Part shown: one piece after another, positions 24,561 to 27,176 of the stretch
How positions within the stretch are numbered: position 1 is the first letter of the stretch
Layout of the letters: each line of letters opens with the position of its first letter
DNA from: an uncultured bacterium
GTDB lineage: Bacteria; UBA8481
Reading direction: 5' to 3'
NCBI GenBank assembly: GCA_964499705.1
Contig: CAZCME010000017.1
Span: forward strand, 62,001 to 89,176
DNA: 27,176 bases
The notes under the pieces: generated by a model
Database searches by the model: none
Told to the model about the DNA's origin: nothing
The model's input: only the letters and a program-made list of their open reading frames with translations
Position numbers and translations under genes: made by a program

Positions 24561-25268
24561 TCAGTGCCTCCTCACATACCAGAGATCGAGCGCGCGGCGA
24601 TCCCGGATCGTGCGGAACGGAGAACGAGCGAGCCGCGCGAAGAGCGAAAGGAATTCCTTCATCGAATGGCTCTGCAATTTTCTCGACGAGGTCACGACCT
24701 TGGGATCGATGATCTTCACCCGCCCGATCTTCCGGAGGGCGAACCCCAGCCACAATTCCTCGCTGACATACACGGTCTCGTCGAAGCCGCCGGCGGTTTC
24801 CCAGGCGTTTCGTGTCATGAAGAAGAAACCTCCCGCCGGAGAAGCGGAGGCCGCGGAGATGATGTTCCAGGCGTGCAGCGCGAGCTCGCCGGACAGGCGG
24901 ACACGGCGGTCCCAGGCCATGCGCGCTCCCCCGCCGACCACGCCTTCGTCGAAGGCGCGCATCACGGCCTGCAACGCGGCACCGGTCACCAGCGTATCCG
25001 CATCGACGAAGAGCAGCCTCGATCCCGTGGTCGCGCGAGCGCCGGCATTGCGGCTCGCCGCGATATTGCGTTTCCCGGAAGCGACAACCCGGGCACCCGC
25101 CGCCCGCGCAATCTCCGCTGTCCGATCCGTGGAGGCGTCGTCCACGACGACGATCTCGTGCGAAGCGATATCCGCCGCCGCGATCCCCTCATTCAAAGCC
25201 TCGAGTGTCGCGCCGAGAAATCGTTCCTCGTCATGAGCCGGAATCACGATCGAGAGCAGGGGCATCAT
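24561..25268 (-). CDS. glycosyltransferase family 2
   Basis: SIVIPAHDEE, VVVDDASTD, RNAGA, FVDADT, GGFDE, TSSRK. Confidence 0.92.
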   Translation of the reverse strand: MMPLLSIVIPAHDEERFLGATLEALNEGIAAADIASHEIVVVDDASTDRTAEIARAAGARVVASGKRNIAASRNAGARATTGSRLLFVDADTLVTGAALQAVMRAFDEGVVGGGARMAWDRRVRLSGELALHAWNIISAASASPAGGFFFMTRNAWETAGGFDETVYVSEELWLGFALRKIGRVKIIDPKVVTSSRKLQSHSMKEFLSLFARLARSPFRTIRDRRALDLWYVRRH

Positions 25269-26044
25269 CGGAGAGAGGGGCGGAAGCGGTCGATAAATTC
25301 CGCGGCGATCTCCGGTGCGGCGGCGACGATCCGTCCGGACGAGAGAAATCCATCGGAGCCGTCATAATCGCGCGCCACCCCGCCGGCTTCGGAGACGATG
25401 AGCGCGCCGGCTGCCATATCCCAGGATGAAAGACCTTCCTCGAAGAAGAGGTCGAGCCGTCCCGCGGCGACGTAGGCGAGATCGAGCGCGGCGGAACCAA
25501 GCCTTCGGATCCCCTGAACTTCCCTGATGACATCCTGAAAAAGATCCAGGCATCGAACGGTTTCAGGATCTTCGCCGCGCATCGAGGCGAAACCGGTACC
25601 CAGGAGCGACACGGCCAGTGAAGTCCTGGGAAGAATGCGAAGCGGCTTCCCATTCAGAAACGCGCCGCCGCCGGAAGAAGCGGTGAAGAGCTCATCCCGC
25701 AGCGGATCGTAGATGGCTCCCAGTCGGATTTCATTTCCCTGGACAGCGGCCACGGAGACGGCCCAGTGCGGGATCCCGAAGGCGAAATTGGTAGTGCCGT
25801 CCAGCGGATCGATGTGCCAGACAAGACCGGATCCCGACCGGGCCTCCAGTTCTTCCCCGACAATCGCATCGTCGGGGCGGGTGGACACGATGAGACCGCG
25901 GATCAGTTTTTCCGCGTCGATATCCGCCTGCGTCACGATATTCCGGGGGCTCTTGGAGCGAATGTCGAGGTTTTCGCGCGATCGAAACCTTTCGGCGAGA
26001 AGTGCTCCGGCGGAGCGGGCAAGATGCACGGCGAAATCAAGCAT
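25265..26044 (-). CDS. suhB: inositol monophosphatase family protein (SuhB-like)
   Basis: VTQAD, GEE, IDPLDGTTNF, RRLGSAALDL.YVAAGR.D, WDMAAG. The stop overlaps the GT2 start (ATGA). Confidence 0.9.
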   Translation of the reverse strand: MLDFAVHLARSAGALLAERFRSRENLDIRSKSPRNIVTQADIDAEKLIRGLIVSTRPDDAIVGEELEARSGSGLVWHIDPLDGTTNFAFGIPHWAVSVAAVQGNEIRLGAIYDPLRDELFTASSGGGAFLNGKPLRILPRTSLAVSLLGTGFASMRGEDPETVRCLDLFQDVIREVQGIRRLGSAALDLAYVAAGRLDLFFEEGLSSWDMAAGALIVSEAGGVARDYDGSDGFLSSGRIVAAAPEIAAEFIDRFRPSLR

Positions 26045-26053
26045 GCAGGGAGA

Positions 26054-26917
26054 CTATACGAGCGGGCTTCCCGCGTCTTGAGGCTTATGATGCCGGGCGG
26101 CGTCGCAGACGGGCAGAAGAGGGCACGATCCGCAGATCCGCGCCACATATTTCGCGCGGCACCCCTGGACTATTCCGATCCGTGCGAGAGCGAAATCGAA
26201 GCGCACGGGATCATCCGGATCGATCTCCTTCAACCTTGCGGTTACTTCCACGGCCGCTTTCCAGTTCGGTGTCTTTCTGGTTGTGAGTCCGAGGAGGCGG
26301 GAGATCCTGAAGATGTGCGTGTCCATGGGGATGACGAGTTCCGAAGGGGACAGCGTTTTCCAGAGCCCGAAATCGACGCCATCTCCCGTGCGCACCATCC
26401 AGCGGAGAAACATCAGGAGCCTCTTGCACGTGGAGCCGGCGGCGGGCGAAGATACGAGCGGGATGGTCGAAACGCGGCCGGGACGAGCCGGTGATGAGAA
26501 TTCGGTCGCGAATCGATCCAGAGCCTCGTCAAATCCGACCTGACCCGGCCACACGGCTTCGAGCGAGCCCTTTTTCAGAAGAATCCTCTTCATGTGAAGG
26601 ACCAGGTCAAGGAACTCGTCCTCGCCGAAGAACCGGTGGCGAAAACCGCGCAGCGATTTCTCGATCGTCCCGCGCGAGGAGCGCCTGAGAAATCCCGCGG
26701 GCCGATTTTCAAAGCGCAGGAAAAGATCGGCCGTCTTCTCCCGTATGGTCGCCACCCGGCCCAGCGCCAGCGCCGATGCCAGAAATGCCCCCGCCTCCAC
26801 GTCGTCGCCATCCCGCAGACCATGCACGATGCCGATGGGATCGGAATCCAGGAAGCCGGAACGGTACGTCTCCGCGATGGAATTCAAGTATCCGGCCAGA
26901 GGCGAATGATCGACCAT
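26054..26917 (-). CDS. TIGR02757/DUF2400-family protein (HhH-GPD glycosylase-like) with a C-terminal Cys4 motif
   Basis: SDPI, CKRLLMFLRWMVR.GDGVDFGLW, IPMDTH, DPDDPVRFDFAL, C-terminal Cx8Cx2Cx5C. Start reassigned to ATG 26917, 7 nt after TAGAAT. Confidence 0.88.
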   Translation of the reverse strand: MVDHSPLAGYLNSIAETYRSGFLDSDPIGIVHGLRDGDDVEAGAFLASALALGRVATIREKTADLFLRFENRPAGFLRRSSRGTIEKSLRGFRHRFFGEDEFLDLVLHMKRILLKKGSLEAVWPGQVGFDEALDRFATEFSSPARPGRVSTIPLVSSPAAGSTCKRLLMFLRWMVRTGDGVDFGLWKTLSPSELVIPMDTHIFRISRLLGLTTRKTPNWKAAVEVTARLKEIDPDDPVRFDFALARIGIVQGCRAKYVARICGSCPLLPVCDAARHHKPQDAGSPLV

Positions 26918-26942
26918 GACGCCTATTCTACTTCCCGCGCCC

Positions 26943-26970
26943 GATACTTCATCCTTCATCCTTCATACTT
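26943..26970. repeat. four tandem 7-mers, CATCCTT
   Basis: GATACTT CATCCTT CATCCTT CATACTT between two divergent -10 boxes; same unit as 18207-18234. Confidence 0.75.
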
Positions 26971-26996
26971 CTTCCATTTACTGCTACCATTTTCGC

Positions 26997-27176
26997 GTGA
27001 AGCCGGCCGCTTTATTTCTCCTCGTCCTGACCGTCGTCCTGGCCGTCACCGGATCCGGCGCCGATGTCCTGCCGCGGATCGTGCCGGGCCAGGTGATTGT
27101 CAGGATGAAACCGCTCGCGGGCTCCGCCGCACGCGGGCTGGGTTATCGCGCGCTGGCTGTCGCGGAGGATGCGCCG
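26997..27176 (+). CDS. N-terminus of an exported protein, probably an S8 (subtilisin-like) peptidase; runs off the right edge
   Basis: Hand translation MKPAALFLLVLTVVLAVTGSGADVLPRIVPGQVIVRMKP... gives a signal peptide plus a VPGQVIVRMK prodomain-like motif. GTG lies 6 nt after the extended -10 TGcTACCAT. Confidence 0.55.
   Translation, partial: MKPAALFLLVLTVVLAVTGSGADVLPRIVPGQVIVRMKPLAGSAARGLGYRALAVAEDAP

Noticed and set aside
1-27176. CRISPR array, tRNA, rRNA or integrase/att site
   Set aside because: No repeat-spacer periodicity, cloverleaf, rRNA-like sequence or recombinase motif was seen by eye.

Overview
High-GC bacterial chromosomal window from a diderm organism; the sequence alone does not identify the taxon. 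Left to right: (1) the start of a sufB-sufC-sufD Fe-S assembly operon on the minus strand; (2) a divergent gene fusing an FAD oxidoreductase to a SAM methyltransferase; (3) an accessory patch at about 5.2-10 kb holding a transposase remnant, an RHH/RelE-type toxin-antitoxin pair, divergent XRE and stand-alone LuxR-HTH regulators, a beta-barrel with chlamydial-MOMP-like motifs followed by a long hairpin, a secreted TPR protein, and a small-ORF/nucleotidyltransferase pair; (4) a tightly packed plus-strand cluster of pilT, a membrane-anchored TPR-like protein, a cobalamin-dependent RiPP-type radical SAM methyltransferase (Cx7Cx2C), a trypsin-like protease and a TPR protein, with no visible precursor peptide; (5) a minus-strand housekeeping run (TIGR02757-like, inositol monophosphatase, GT2, membrane spermidine-synthase-like protein, ligA, M20 amidohydrolase, PHP hydrolase); (6) the start of a probable S8 peptidase. 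Many genes have a -10 box 6-8 nt before the start codon and no Shine-Dalgarno, which points to widespread leaderless mRNAs. The best candidate for an undescribed system is the pilT-coupled radical SAM peptide methyltransferase operon. All family calls come from motif recognition by eye, not database searches. No tRNA, rRNA or CRISPR array was seen.
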